Source of the DNA: Candidatus Aminicenantes bacterium
GTDB taxonomy: Bacteria; Acidobacteriota; Aminicenantia; UBA2199
DNA: 64,000 nt
Direction of reading: 5' to 3'
Assembly: GCA_963770755.1 (NCBI GenBank)
Contig: CAVYQZ010000009.1
Location: 209,195 to 273,194, forward strand
Shown: positions 8,964 to 19,287 of the stretch, one piece after another
Position numbering within the stretch: position 1 is the first letter of the stretch
How the letters are laid out: the number at the start of each line of letters is the position of its first letter
The notes under the pieces: generated by a model
What the model saw: only the letters and a program-made list of their open reading frames with translations
What the model was told of the DNA's origin: nothing
Database searches by the model: none
Position numbers and translations under genes: made by a program

Positions 8964-11294
8964 ATGGCTGACCAGAAATTCCGCAGCGCCTTGGGGACAA
9001 TCGCGCCGCTGTACTTTCTCCTGGGCGCTTTCAGCCTGGTATTCCAGACCGTGCTGCTGCGCGAATTTTTCACCGTGGCGGCCGGCAACGAAATTTCATT
9101 CGCCGTCGCCCTGGGCGCCTGGCTGCTCGGTGTCGGTGCCGGCTCCCTGTGCGCCGGATTTTTGAGCACCGGGACACAGCGCACGGCACATGCCCTGCCC
9201 TGGGTAGTGATCGCCATGTGCGTCAGCGCACCGCTGCTGCTGGCCGGCGTTCGCTGCCTGCAGCAGATCAGCGCCGTCCCGCCTGGGGCACTGATTCCCT
9301 TGAGTAAAACATTCTGGCTGGTTCCCCTGCTGACGATTCCTTTTAGCTTCTGCTGCGGTTTTGCTTTCCCGCAGGCCGGCAGGCTCGCCATGGCATCCAC
9401 GTTGAGCCCGGCCCAAAAAATGGTCCGCGCCTATGCCTGGGAGTGCATCGGCGCCCTGGCCGGCGGCCTGCTTTACACCTTTTGGCTGCTGGAAAAAATG
9501 AATCCCGTGCTGATTATCGCCTGCTTCACCCTGCCCCTGCTGTTCGGCTCGGCTTTTTCCGTTATGCTTGAAAAGAGAAAAAAAGCGCTGGCCGTCCATG
9601 TGCTGCTGCTGGCCTTCAACCTGGTCGCGATTCTGGGCGGAGGAGCCGGCAAGCTCGACTCATGGCTGGTGCGGCAAAGGTGGCGGGGTTTGTCCAGTAC
9701 GATCTGGGTGGAAGGCCGGGATTCAAAATTCCAGAACCTGCAGCTGGGCCTGAGCCACGGCCAATATTGCCTGTACGGCAACGGCCAGCTGGCCGCGGTA
9801 TTCCCGGATGATGACCAGCAGCAGATACTGGCCGCCCAGATTATGACCCAGCATCCGCGGCCGCGCCGCGTCCTGGTCATCGGCGACGGGGCCAGCGGCC
9901 TGGCCGCGCAGCTGCTGCAATATGAAATAACCAGCCTCACCGTCGTGGAGATAGACGGTGAGTTCCTGGAACTGGTTTGGAACCATTTGCCGGCCGGCCG
10001 ACGGCGCGAACTGCATGATCCGCGCCTGCGCATGCTGGTGATGGACGGCCGCCGCTTCGTCATGGAGGCGGCCAGGGCAGCGCACGGCCCCGAAAACAGA
10101 TTCGATCTGGTTTTCCTGCAGCAGCCCGATGCCTGGACCGCCCGCCTGAACCGGTATTACACCAGGGAATTTTTCATGGACTTGCGGGCGATCCTGAACC
10201 AGGGCGGCGTGGCGGCCATGCGCCTGACTTCAGCGGAAAATTATGTCTCGGAAATAACCAATCCTTACACGGCCACCATTTACCAAACCCTGAAAAGTAT
10301 TTTCCCGGCCATCAGCGTATCTCCGGGCCCGAGCAATTTCCTGGCTGCTTCATGGACACCGGACAGCGTCAGCAGCAATCCCCGCGTCCTGGCCGAACGC
10401 TATGAGCGCCTGGTCAGGCCCCCGGCCGACCTGCAGGCTATATTCGGCTCTTTGTACCCCGTACAAAAAACCGGATTCATCAAAAAGGCCCTGGATGAAT
10501 ACCCGCTCAGGTCATTGAACCGCGACCAGCGTCCCATTGCCTACTTTCTCTGCAGCCGTTTATTGGGCTGGACCAGCGGCAGCCCCCTTTCGGGCTGGTT
10601 CGATTTTTTCGAAAAAGTCGAATTTCGCAGCCTCTTTGTGATCCTGGTAGTGTTGTGCGTACTGGTGCTGCTGCGGGGCGTGCTGCGCCGGCGCAGGACG
10701 CCCGGGAATTTTTCACTTCTGTTGGCCGCGGCCGGCGGCGGATTTGCCGGGCTTTGCTTTGAAATTTTAACCATTTTCTATTTTCAGAATATCTGGGGCT
10801 ACGTTTACCAGGCCATCGGCCTGCTGATCGCCGCCTTCATGCTGGGCATGGGCGCCGGCGCCGTCTGCTTATATCGCTATCTTGAAACCAAGCCGCTTTC
10901 CAAAAAAAAAGCCAGAAATATGCTGGCCGCCATCCAGCTGCTCATCGCCGGCGCCAGCCTGACCTGCCTGCCGTTCATGAATTTTTTCGCCAAAATGGCC
11001 GGCGGATTGGGACGGATTGCACTTTTTTTCTGGCTGGGCGGGATTGGTTTTTTGATCGGGGCCATTCTGCCTCTGGCCCTGTGCGTCCATGGCCGGCAGG
11101 CGACCGCCGCCAAGGCCGGCTTTCTAATCGCCGCCGATTACCTGGGCGGCGCTATCGGCGCTCTGGCCGCGGCTTCCTTCTTACTCCCCCTCTACGGCAG
11201 CGCCAACAGCCTACTGCTCATAGCCGTGCCGGCTCTGACCACGGCGTTGCTGCTGCGGCTCGAAGCCGGATTCAATGATCCCGGCTCGGCGTGA
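8964..11294 (+). CDS. Polytopic membrane protein fused to a spermidine-synthase-like (aminopropyltransferase) domain
   Basis: N- and C-terminal multi-TM regions flank a SpeE-like Rossmann core (VLVIGDGASGLAAQLLQY...VVEIDGEFLEL...LVMDGRRF). Confidence 0.6.
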   Translation: MADQKFRSALGTIAPLYFLLGAFSLVFQTVLLREFFTVAAGNEISFAVALGAWLLGVGAGSLCAGFLSTGTQRTAHALPWVVIAMCVSAPLLLAGVRCLQQISAVPPGALIPLSKTFWLVPLLTIPFSFCCGFAFPQAGRLAMASTLSPAQKMVRAYAWECIGALAGGLLYTFWLLEKMNPVLIIACFTLPLLFGSAFSVMLEKRKKALAVHVLLLAFNLVAILGGGAGKLDSWLVRQRWRGLSSTIWVEGRDSKFQNLQLGLSHGQYCLYGNGQLAAVFPDDDQQQILAAQIMTQHPRPRRVLVIGDGASGLAAQLLQYEITSLTVVEIDGEFLELVWNHLPAGRRRELHDPRLRMLVMDGRRFVMEAARAAHGPENRFDLVFLQQPDAWTARLNRYYTREFFMDLRAILNQGGVAAMRLTSAENYVSEITNPYTATIYQTLKSIFPAISVSPGPSNFLAASWTPDSVSSNPRVLAERYERLVRPPADLQAIFGSLYPVQKTGFIKKALDEYPLRSLNRDQRPIAYFLCSRLLGWTSGSPLSGWFDFFEKVEFRSLFVILVVLCVLVLLRGVLRRRRTPGNFSLLLAAAGGGFAGLCFEILTIFYFQNIWGYVYQAIGLLIAAFMLGMGAGAVCLYRYLETKPLSKKKARNMLAAIQLLIAGASLTCLPFMNFFAKMAGGLGRIALFFWLGGIGFLIGAILPLALCVHGRQATAAKAGFLIAADYLGGAIGALAAASFLLPLYGSANSLLLIAVPALTTALLLRLEAGFNDPGSA

Positions 11295-13365
11295 ACCAAT
11301 CGTTGAGCACCTGGACGGCTTCCTCCACGACCGGGTCCCGGCGCAGGGCGTCCAGCCATTCCTTGCGCTTGGCGTCCCGGGCATCCTCTTTGCTTTGCAT
11401 CGAGCGCGCCTGCAGATAGGGAAACTCGACCTGCTCGCGGTTGAATTTTTCGGCTTCCTGGAAAAGAACGTCCTGCTCGGCCTGGAATTTTTCCAGATTG
11501 AGGGTCACCATTGTTTTCTCACGCTGTTTTTTCAGGCGGCTGATATTGGCGTCGATCTGCGCGAAGCGCGGGCTGTTCTTCAGCCGCTGCCGGCTCCTGG
11601 CTTTGATTTCGTCGAGGTCGCGGTATGAGTTTTTCCAGGGAGTGAAGGACAGCGCCGGAATCGTGTCCCAGGGCAGTGAATAGGGCTGGCTTTTTTCGCC
11701 GATATCGAGATAGGAATACAGGTCGGGCAGGATGATGTCCGGAACCACGCCCTGGTACTGGGTGGAAGCCCCGGTGATCCTGTAATACTTTTGCACGGTC
11801 ATCGTGATGGCTCCCAGGGGCTTGTAGCGGGCCATCTCGGCCGGAAGGTAGCGGTCGAGGTCCAGCATGACCTGCACCGTGCCCTTGCCGAACGTATGCT
11901 CGCCGCCGATGATAATCGCTCGCCTGTAATCCTGCAGGGCGGCGGCCACGATTTCCGAGGAAGAGGCGCTGATGGCATTAACCAGGATGACCAGCGGCCC
12001 GCCGTAACTGACCGTGGCATCGCGGTCCTCATGCACCTGCGGCGCCGATTGCCGGTCCTTCAACTGCACCAGCGGACCCGTGGGGATGAACAGCCCGGAC
12101 ATCTTTTCGGCGTCATCCAGGGCGCCGCCGCCATTGCCGCGCAAGTCCAGGATCACGCCCTCCACCTTCCGGGCCGCCAGTTTCTGCAGTTCTTTCTTCA
12201 CGTCGTCACTGGCATTGCGACCGTTGCGGCGATTGAAATCGTGATAAAACTTGGGCAGGAAAATATAGCCGAATGATTTTTTCAGATTCTCATTGAACAG
12301 GACCGCCGAACGGGCATAGGTTTCCCTGATCTCGACCACATTGCGCACCAGCGCAATCTCCATGATCCGGCCGTCCGTTTTCTTGACCGTCAGGCGCACC
12401 AGGCTGCCTTTTTTGCCGCGCACCAGCCGGGCGGCATCGCTGACGTTCATACCCACGATATCCACGGGCTCGTCGTCTCCCTGGCCGACCTTGAGGATGA
12501 CATCCTCGACCTTGAGCAGGTTCTGTCTCCAGGCCGGGCTGCCGGGAATGATCTCGAAAACCTTGATGTATCCGTCGTCTTCACCCAGCAGGGCGCCGAT
12601 GCCTTCCAGGGTACCCGACATGTCAATATCAAAATCCTCCTTGGCCCGGGGTGGAAAATACTGGCTGTGCGGATCGAACACGGCGAGCAGAGCGTTGAAG
12701 TACAAGGACTGTATATCTTCGGACCTTTCCTCCAGGAGCCTTTTGAACAGGCGCTGCACGCTCTTTTCCACAGCTTTTCGGGCCTGCACTTCCAGTTCCG
12801 GCGAAAAAACACGCTTGCGTTTCTTGCCCGGGTCCTGCTTGGCTTCGGCCAGCTTGGCCAGGTTCAGGTACTGGATCAGGGTCAAGTATTTCAGGCGCTT
12901 GGACCACCATTCTTTCAGGTCATCGAAACTGCGACCGTATTTTCTTTTTTCGGCATTAAGCTCAATCTGATCGTCAATGGAAAAATCAAACGGATTTTTC
13001 AACATGTCGCAGCAAAAATCCCGGACCTGCAGCACTCGCTGGCGCAGAAGCTGCTTGCCCAACCTGGGCAAAGCAAAATCTCCGGCAAGGATCTCATCGT
13101 CAATTTTCAGGTTGAAGACCTTGAGCGAGTCCAGGTCGCTCTGGATCAGAAAACTCTTGGAGTAATCCAGGTATTTGGCGTACTGGGCGAAACTTTTGGT
13201 TGAAAAATCATCGTCGATCTTTTTTCCGCTGTAATGCCAGTTCAGCAAACCGTTGCTAATCATCTGGCTCAGAAGTTTTTCCCGTGTTTCGGTGACCGCC
13301 GCTGCGGCGACGCCTGATAAAAATGTGCTCAGCAAAATGAGTGCGAGGACTCTGTTTTTCATCAT
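11272..13365 (-). CDS. S41 family C-terminal processing (tail-specific) protease with PDZ domain
   Basis: Signal peptide; PDZ region; S41 motifs (ILDLRGNGGG, TFGKGTVQ); 697 aa Prc/Tsp-like. Confidence 0.85.
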   Translation of the reverse strand: MMKNRVLALILLSTFLSGVAAAAVTETREKLLSQMISNGLLNWHYSGKKIDDDFSTKSFAQYAKYLDYSKSFLIQSDLDSLKVFNLKIDDEILAGDFALPRLGKQLLRQRVLQVRDFCCDMLKNPFDFSIDDQIELNAEKRKYGRSFDDLKEWWSKRLKYLTLIQYLNLAKLAEAKQDPGKKRKRVFSPELEVQARKAVEKSVQRLFKRLLEERSEDIQSLYFNALLAVFDPHSQYFPPRAKEDFDIDMSGTLEGIGALLGEDDGYIKVFEIIPGSPAWRQNLLKVEDVILKVGQGDDEPVDIVGMNVSDAARLVRGKKGSLVRLTVKKTDGRIMEIALVRNVVEIRETYARSAVLFNENLKKSFGYIFLPKFYHDFNRRNGRNASDDVKKELQKLAARKVEGVILDLRGNGGGALDDAEKMSGLFIPTGPLVQLKDRQSAPQVHEDRDATVSYGGPLVILVNAISASSSEIVAAALQDYRRAIIIGGEHTFGKGTVQVMLDLDRYLPAEMARYKPLGAITMTVQKYYRITGASTQYQGVVPDIILPDLYSYLDIGEKSQPYSLPWDTIPALSFTPWKNSYRDLDEIKARSRQRLKNSPRFAQIDANISRLKKQREKTMVTLNLEKFQAEQDVLFQEAEKFNREQVEFPYLQARSMQSKEDARDAKRKEWLDALRRDPVVEEAVQVLNDWFTPSRDH

Positions 13366-13567
13366 TCTTCCTTATTCTTCCTTCATCATGGCGATTTTTA
13401 ATTGTACCCCGATTTTGCCCCCATGGCAATATGAAAAAGCGATTGGCATGTTTTTTTTAGATAAATTATATTGACATGCAAATATTAATATATCATAATA
13501 TTATTTTGCGTCAGCCCGCTACAAACGAATCCAGTCTGCCGGTGGGCGACGCCCAAGGAGTTGCCAC

Positions 13568-13822
13568 ATGAACGAAGACGAACTGAAGAATTTAAAAGCC
13601 GACAAGGTCGTGGATGCCCGCGGTATGGCCTGCCCCGGGCCGCTTCTGGAAGCCAAAAAAGCCATCACCGCGGTCCCGGTCGGCGCGGTCATGGAAGTAC
13701 TTTCGGCCGACGAAGGCACCAACAGCGACATCCCCATGTGGGCCAAGAAAATGCAGTATGAGTTCCTGGGCATTATCGCCGATGCCGGGTTCTGGAGACT
13801 TTTTCTAAAAAAATCGAAATAA
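13568..13822 (+). CDS. TusA-like sulfurtransferase (SirA/YedF/YeeD family)
   Basis: 84 aa with the CPGP (CPxP) motif: DARGMACPGPLLEAKKAI. Confidence 0.8.
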   Translation: MNEDELKNLKADKVVDARGMACPGPLLEAKKAITAVPVGAVMEVLSADEGTNSDIPMWAKKMQYEFLGIIADAGFWRLFLKKSK

Positions 13823-13846
13823 CCCCGGGCGGAGGTAAAACAACGC

Positions 13847-14152
13847 ATGGCCGCCAATACAAAGCCACCCTATGATAAAAAACGCTGCGCCCGTTCGGCG
13901 GCCATTTTTAAGACCTTGTCCCATCCGCAGCGGCTGCAGATTTTTTGCTGCCTGTGCGAGATGGAACGGACGGTCAGCGGCCTGCAGCAGGAATGCGCCA
14001 TCCCACAGGCGGTCATTTCACAGCACCTGTCGCGCATGCGCCTGGAGGGCCTGGTGCTGGCCAGGCGCAACGGCAGTTTTGTCAGTTACCGCATCGCCGA
14101 TCCCAAGCTGCTCAAATTGATCGACACCATGCAACGGATCACCCATGAATGA
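13847..14152 (+). CDS. ArsR/SmtB family metalloregulatory transcription factor
   Basis: Winged-HTH pattern (FKTLSHPQRLQIFCCL...VSQHLSRMRLEGLV). Confidence 0.75.
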   Translation: MAANTKPPYDKKRCARSAAIFKTLSHPQRLQIFCCLCEMERTVSGLQQECAIPQAVISQHLSRMRLEGLVLARRNGSFVSYRIADPKLLKLIDTMQRITHE

Positions 14153-14555
14153 ATTCAAACCAAAAATACTTGTTTTTTCGACCGACAACGTCTCGGACCC
14201 GGGCATCGACCTGGCCGGCCGCAACAGGATGCACTACCCGGCGCAGGTGTCTGTGATCACCGTCCCCTGCTCGAGCGCCATCAAGCCGCGCTGGATCTGC
14301 CATGCCATCGAGCACGGTTTCGACGGCGTCTTCATTGCCGCCGACGGCAGCGACTGCTCCTTTATTCCTGATTGCACCCGGCGCACGGCCGGGACCGTCA
14401 GCGCAGCCCAGGAACTGCTAAAAGAGAAAGCGCTCGAACCGGCGCGGATCAAGATGTCGGCCATATGTTCGGTCTGCGCCGAATCGTTCCAGAAGCACAT
14501 GATCAATTTCAGCGAAACGCTCAGGAAACTCGGACCCGCAGCCAAGGGAAGCTGA
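14145..14555 (+). CDS. MvhD/FlpD-like (methyl-viologen-reducing hydrogenase delta subunit family) electron-transfer protein
   Basis: PKILVFSTDNVSDPGIDLAG...VPCSSAI matches the MvhD core. Its stop codon is immediately followed by the HdrA-fusion ATG at 14557. Confidence 0.7.
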   Translation: MNEFKPKILVFSTDNVSDPGIDLAGRNRMHYPAQVSVITVPCSSAIKPRWICHAIEHGFDGVFIAADGSDCSFIPDCTRRTAGTVSAAQELLKEKALEPARIKMSAICSVCAESFQKHMINFSETLRKLGPAAKGS

Positions 14556-14556
14556 C

Positions 14557-17265
14557 ATGGATTACGACGTTCTGGTCATCGGCGCCGGCATCGCCGGCAT
14601 GGAAGCCGCCGTCAACCTGGGCGACATGGGCTACAAGGTGCTGCTGGTGGAAAAGGAGCCGAGCATCGGCGGCAAAATGATCCTGCTCAGCAAGGTCTTC
14701 CCCACCCTGGACTGCGCCAGCTGCATCTCGACCCCCAAGATGGCGCAAGCCGCCAGCCACGCCAACATCGACCTGCGCGTCTACAGCGAGGTCAGGGACG
14801 TGCGCAGCGACGGCAACGGCGGTTTCAGGGCCCGGGTCATCCAGAAACCGGCTTTCGTGGACTTCGCCAAGTGCACCGGCTGCCAGGACTGCGAAAAGGC
14901 CTGCACAGTCACCGTTCCCGATGAATACAACGAAGGGCTGGTGTCGCGGCGCGTGGCCCACATCGCGTTTCCCCAGGCCGTGCCCAAGAAGGCCGTCCTG
15001 GACCGCGCCGGCACGTCGCCCTGCACCCATGCCTGCCCGGCCGGCATCAAGGCCAACGGCTACATCTCACTCATCCGCCAGGGAGAATTCGCCAAGGCCT
15101 TCAAGCTGGTACTGGCCGCTGCGCCGCTGGTGGGCAGCTTGGGCCGGGCCTGCTACGCTTTCTGCCAGAACGAATGCACGCGCGAAGAGATCGGCGACGC
15201 CCCGCACATCCGCCATCTCAAGCGCTTCGTCGCCGACTGGTACTACGCCCGCCACCCCAAGCCCGAATATGGACTGCCGGAAAAAAAGCTGGAAAAAAAA
15301 GTGGCCGTCATCGGTTCCGGCCCGGCCGGCCTGAGCGCCGCCTATTTCCTGGCAAAAAACGGCTACCCGGTAACGGTCTTCGAGGCCGACGCCGAGGCCG
15401 GCGGCATGCTGCGCTCCAGCCTGCCCGAGTACCGCCTGCCCAAAAACGTCGTCGACCGCGACATCCTCAACGTGACCGCACTGGGAGTGGAGATCAGGAC
15501 TTCAACGCCCATCGAGTCGCTGGCGCGGCTGCGGCAGGATGGCTATGCCGCCGTGCTGGTCGCCATCGGCACGCCAAAGCCGAAAAAACTCATGATAGCG
15601 GGCGAAGACCTGCCTGGCGTGGTCAGCGGCATCGAGTTCCTGGCCGAGGTCGCCTGCGGCCAGAAGGTCGCACTAAACGGCAAGAGCATCGTGGTCATCG
15701 GCGGCGGCAATGTAGCCGTGGACGCCGCGCGCACGGCGCTGCGCCTGGGAGCCGCGAAGGTCGTGCTGCAGTATCGCCGTTCGCGGGCCGAGATGCCGGC
15801 CTTTCGTGAAGAGGTCGCCGCGGCGGAGGCCGAAGGGGTGGAACTCTCCCTGCTCAGCAATCCCGTCGCTTTCGAGGCTGACGCGGGCCGCCTGAAACGG
15901 GTGCGCAGCGTGCGCATGAAGCCGGTCGAGGCGGAAGCCGACGGCCGGCGCCGCACCGTCCCCATCCCCGACACCGAGTATGGCAGCGAGTTCGACCTGG
16001 CCATCGTCGCCGTCGGCCTGAGCGCCGAGGCGGCCGCTCTGAGGAATGAAATGCGTTTGAACCGCGACGGTTCCATCTGGGCCGATCCGCGCACGCTGCA
16101 AACGGAAAACCCCTGGCTGTTCGCCGCCGGCGACGCCGTGACCGGACCGGCCATGATCGTCCAGGCCATCGGCCTGGGCAAGCAAGCCGCTTTTTTCATG
16201 GACCGCTGGCTGCGTGCCGAGCCCATGGACGGCGTTGAGTTCGCTCCCAGCCTCCCGGCCGTCGACAAGCGGGACGTGCTGGCCCGCCAGTTCGATTTTC
16301 CGGCCCAGGCGGTGCATAAAAGCGAGCGCCATCCCCACGAGCGCGTCAAGGACTTCGATGAAGTCGATATTCCGTTCAGCGAAGCCGAAGCGCTGACCTC
16401 GGCCGCCAACTGCCTGAACTGCGGCATCTGCAGCGAATGCCAGGAGTGCAAGAACATTTGCCCGGCCGACGCCATCGACTTCGACCAGCGCGCCGTCGAA
16501 AACGAATATGCCGTCGGCTCCGTGGTTGTGGCCACCGGCTTCCGCCTCTTCCCGGCCGAGCTCATGGCCAACTTCGGCTTCGGCCGCTTCGCCAACGTCA
16601 TCACGGCCATGCAGATGGACCGCCTGGTCGCGCCGACCCGGCCCTACAACTATGTCCTGCGCCCCGGCGACGGCAAGACGCCGGCCGACATCGCCTATGT
16701 CTTGTGCACCGGCTCGCGCGACCGCACGGTGAACAATCCCATCTGTTCCCGCGTCTGCTGCATGTACTCGCTCAAACAGGCCCAGCTCCTACTCGGGGCG
16801 CTGCCGATAGCCGACGTCACCATCTACAACATCGACATCCGCGCCTTCGGCAAGGGCTATGACGAGTTTTTTGAACAAACCAGAGCCATGGGCGTGCGTT
16901 TCGTGAAAGGCAAGATCGCCAGGATCAGCGAGAAAGAGAACGGCAACCTGCTGGTGCGCTACGAGGACATCGACGACAACGGCACGGTTCGGGAAACCGA
17001 GCACGACCTGGTCGTGCTTTCGACCGGCATGGTGGCCCATGACGAGTGCCGGCGGCTGTTCAGCGGCAGCGAGCTGGCCGTCGACGAGAACCTGTTCGTT
17101 GCCCAGCCCGGCGAGCAGGTCGATCCGGCCCGCACCTCGATCCCCGGCGTCTTCAGCGCCGGCACGGCCACCGGGCCGCTGGACATCCCCGATTCGATCC
17201 TGCACGCCGGGGCCGCCGCCGCCCAGACCGCGGCCTATATTGAAAAAATGAAAAGGAAATCCTGA
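14557..17265 (+). CDS. HdrA-like flavoprotein with an inserted GltD/NfnB-like NAD(P)H-binding module (HdrL-type)
   Basis: N-terminal FAD motif (VLVIGAGIAGMEAA); GltD-like FeS region plus a second dinucleotide fold (VAVIGSGPAGLSAAYFLAKNGYPVTVFE...GGML); HdrA Cys signature (CTGSRD...ICSRVCC); ferredoxin CxxCxxC motifs. Confidence 0.75.
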   Translation: MDYDVLVIGAGIAGMEAAVNLGDMGYKVLLVEKEPSIGGKMILLSKVFPTLDCASCISTPKMAQAASHANIDLRVYSEVRDVRSDGNGGFRARVIQKPAFVDFAKCTGCQDCEKACTVTVPDEYNEGLVSRRVAHIAFPQAVPKKAVLDRAGTSPCTHACPAGIKANGYISLIRQGEFAKAFKLVLAAAPLVGSLGRACYAFCQNECTREEIGDAPHIRHLKRFVADWYYARHPKPEYGLPEKKLEKKVAVIGSGPAGLSAAYFLAKNGYPVTVFEADAEAGGMLRSSLPEYRLPKNVVDRDILNVTALGVEIRTSTPIESLARLRQDGYAAVLVAIGTPKPKKLMIAGEDLPGVVSGIEFLAEVACGQKVALNGKSIVVIGGGNVAVDAARTALRLGAAKVVLQYRRSRAEMPAFREEVAAAEAEGVELSLLSNPVAFEADAGRLKRVRSVRMKPVEAEADGRRRTVPIPDTEYGSEFDLAIVAVGLSAEAAALRNEMRLNRDGSIWADPRTLQTENPWLFAAGDAVTGPAMIVQAIGLGKQAAFFMDRWLRAEPMDGVEFAPSLPAVDKRDVLARQFDFPAQAVHKSERHPHERVKDFDEVDIPFSEAEALTSAANCLNCGICSECQECKNICPADAIDFDQRAVENEYAVGSVVVATGFRLFPAELMANFGFGRFANVITAMQMDRLVAPTRPYNYVLRPGDGKTPADIAYVLCTGSRDRTVNNPICSRVCCMYSLKQAQLLLGALPIADVTIYNIDIRAFGKGYDEFFEQTRAMGVRFVKGKIARISEKENGNLLVRYEDIDDNGTVRETEHDLVVLSTGMVAHDECRRLFSGSELAVDENLFVAQPGEQVDPARTSIPGVFSAGTATGPLDIPDSILHAGAAAAQTAAYIEKMKRKS

Positions 17266-19019
17266 TGGAAGATAAAAAGAGGAAGATCGGCGTTTATATC
17301 TGCCACTGCGGCGGCAACATCTCCGACCACGTCAACGTCGAGGCCGTGCGCAAGCAGGTAGAGGATAAGTACGGCGTCACCGTGGCCAGGACCTCGATGT
17401 TCACCTGCTCCGATGCCTCGCAGAACGACATGATCAAGGATATCCGCGAGCAGGGGCTTGACGGCATGGTGGTGGCTTCCTGCTCGCCCAAGCTGCACCT
17501 GACGACCTTCCGCAACATGTCGACGCGGGCCGGGCTCAACCCTTTCCAGTACGTCCAGGTAAATATCCGCGAGCAGTGTTCCTGGGCCCATTCCGACGAC
17601 CCATCGGGCGCCACCTGCAAGGCGGCAAACCTGGTCGGGGCCGGCATCGAGAAGGCCCTGCGCCAGGAGGCGCTGCAACCCATACGCGTGACCTCGGTCA
17701 AAAGGGTGCTGGTCATCGGCGCCGGCATCGCCGGGCTGCGCGCGGCGCTGGAACTGGCCGACCTGGGGGTCGAAGTCTTCCTGATCGAAAAGGAAGCGGC
17801 TGTCGGCGGCCAGGTCGCCAAGCTCGGTGAGATGTTTCCGGTGGGCAAGACCGGGTCCGTCCTGATCGACAGTCTGCTGGCCGAGGTAAATAAAAGAGCC
17901 AACATCACCCTGTTCCTGAACGCGGAGCTGGCCGAAAAGAGCGGCCACATCGGCGAGTTTGAATTGGCGATCAGGATCAGACCCGCCTCGGCGGGCGCGG
18001 AGGAGACGGTGCGCATCGTGGTGGGGGCCATCGTGGTGGCCAGCGGCTTCGCCGAGTACGAGCCCAAGTCGGGCGAATATGAATTCGGTCGGCCGGGAGT
18101 GGTCACCCTCTCCGAATTCGAGCGCCTGCTGCGGGAAAGCGGCGAGCAACTTCTCCACAACGGCCGTGAAATGAAGAATATCGCTTTCATCTACTGCGTC
18201 GGCAGCCGTCAGGGCGCGGATAGCGAGGAGGCCAACCGCTACTGCTCGCGCACGTGCTGCAGCACCGCTACGCACCTGGCGCTGCAGGCCAAGAAGAATT
18301 TTCCCACGACCCGCTGCTACCATTTTTTCCGCGACATGCGCACCTACGGCAAGTTCGAGTCGCTCTACGAGGAAGCGGGCAAGGCGGGATCGGTCTTCCT
18401 GCGCTTCCACGAAGAGCATCCGCCCCAGCTCAAACGCGAGGGCGATTCCTGGCTGGTCGCCGTGCAGGACCTGTCCACGGGCGGCGCCGAGATCGGCGTA
18501 CCGGCAGACCTGGTGGTTCTGGTCACCGGCATGACGGCGCGGGCCAACGACAACCTGACCCGGGTGCTCAAGCTGCCCCTGGGCGCCGACCGCTTCTATA
18601 ACGAGATCCATCCCAAGTTGCGTCCGGTGGAGACGATCATCGACGGCGTCTACATCGCCGGCAGCTGCCAGGGGCCGAAAAACGCCGGCGAAAGCGTGGT
18701 TTCCGCGCTTTCCACCGTGGCCAAAGCGGCCGCACTGCTGATCAAGGGCTATGTCGACCTGCAGCCCTTCGTGGCTACGGTCAAGCCCGAGCTCTGCACC
18801 TGGTGCGGAAAATGCCAGCCGGCCTGTCCCTACAGCGCCATCGAGAAAGTGGCCTACGGCGACAAGGATGTGGCCAAGGTGGTCGATGTCCTGTGCAAGG
18901 GCTGCGGCGCTTGCCTGCCGGTGTGCCCGCTCGACGCCACCCAGCTCAAGGGCTACAGCGACGAACAGATCGAGGCCATGATCGATGTCCTGGCCCGGGA
19001 GGCCGCCCATGAAGGATAA
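17265..19019 (+). CDS. HdrA-like heterodisulfide-reductase subunit A family flavoprotein (QmoA/QmoB-like)
   Basis: Cys-rich N-terminus (IGVYICHCGGNI); FAD motif (VLVIGAGIAGLRAALEL); HdrA signature (CVGSRQ...YCSRTCC); C-terminal 2x[4Fe-4S] ferredoxin. Confidence 0.8.
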   Translation: MEDKKRKIGVYICHCGGNISDHVNVEAVRKQVEDKYGVTVARTSMFTCSDASQNDMIKDIREQGLDGMVVASCSPKLHLTTFRNMSTRAGLNPFQYVQVNIREQCSWAHSDDPSGATCKAANLVGAGIEKALRQEALQPIRVTSVKRVLVIGAGIAGLRAALELADLGVEVFLIEKEAAVGGQVAKLGEMFPVGKTGSVLIDSLLAEVNKRANITLFLNAELAEKSGHIGEFELAIRIRPASAGAEETVRIVVGAIVVASGFAEYEPKSGEYEFGRPGVVTLSEFERLLRESGEQLLHNGREMKNIAFIYCVGSRQGADSEEANRYCSRTCCSTATHLALQAKKNFPTTRCYHFFRDMRTYGKFESLYEEAGKAGSVFLRFHEEHPPQLKREGDSWLVAVQDLSTGGAEIGVPADLVVLVTGMTARANDNLTRVLKLPLGADRFYNEIHPKLRPVETIIDGVYIAGSCQGPKNAGESVVSALSTVAKAAALLIKGYVDLQPFVATVKPELCTWCGKCQPACPYSAIEKVAYGDKDVAKVVDVLCKGCGACLPVCPLDATQLKGYSDEQIEAMIDVLAREAAHEG

Positions 19020-19287
19020 CAGCCGCGAACGGTTTCCGGAAAGCATCTCCATCATCGGCAAAAAACGCGAGATCGCCCGCCAGGAGTTTGCCGTGCGCGC
19101 CCGGATTCTGGCCCTGCTGCGGGAGAAGGGTCCGCTGACCGTGCCCGAAATCGCCCAAGCCCTGGCCATTCCCGCCTATGACGCCAACTGGTGGCTGATG
19201 GGCTTCGTGCGCTACAACCAGGTCAAGGCTTCGGAAAAGGCCGATGACGAAGGCTACTACCGCTATGCGCTCATCGAGGCGAAATGA
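19008..19287 (+). CDS. Small hypothetical protein (possible winged-helix) inside the Hdr-like operon
   Basis: ATG at 19008 overlaps the hdrA stop. The ORF is conserved in frame with neighbours on both sides; no recognisable motif. Confidence 0.4.

Noticed and set aside
8909-9400. Minus-strand 163-aa ORF upstream of, and overlapping, the speE-like gene start
   Set aside because: Pro/Ala/Ser-rich low-complexity shadow ORF overlapping the 5' end of a strongly supported membrane protein gene.
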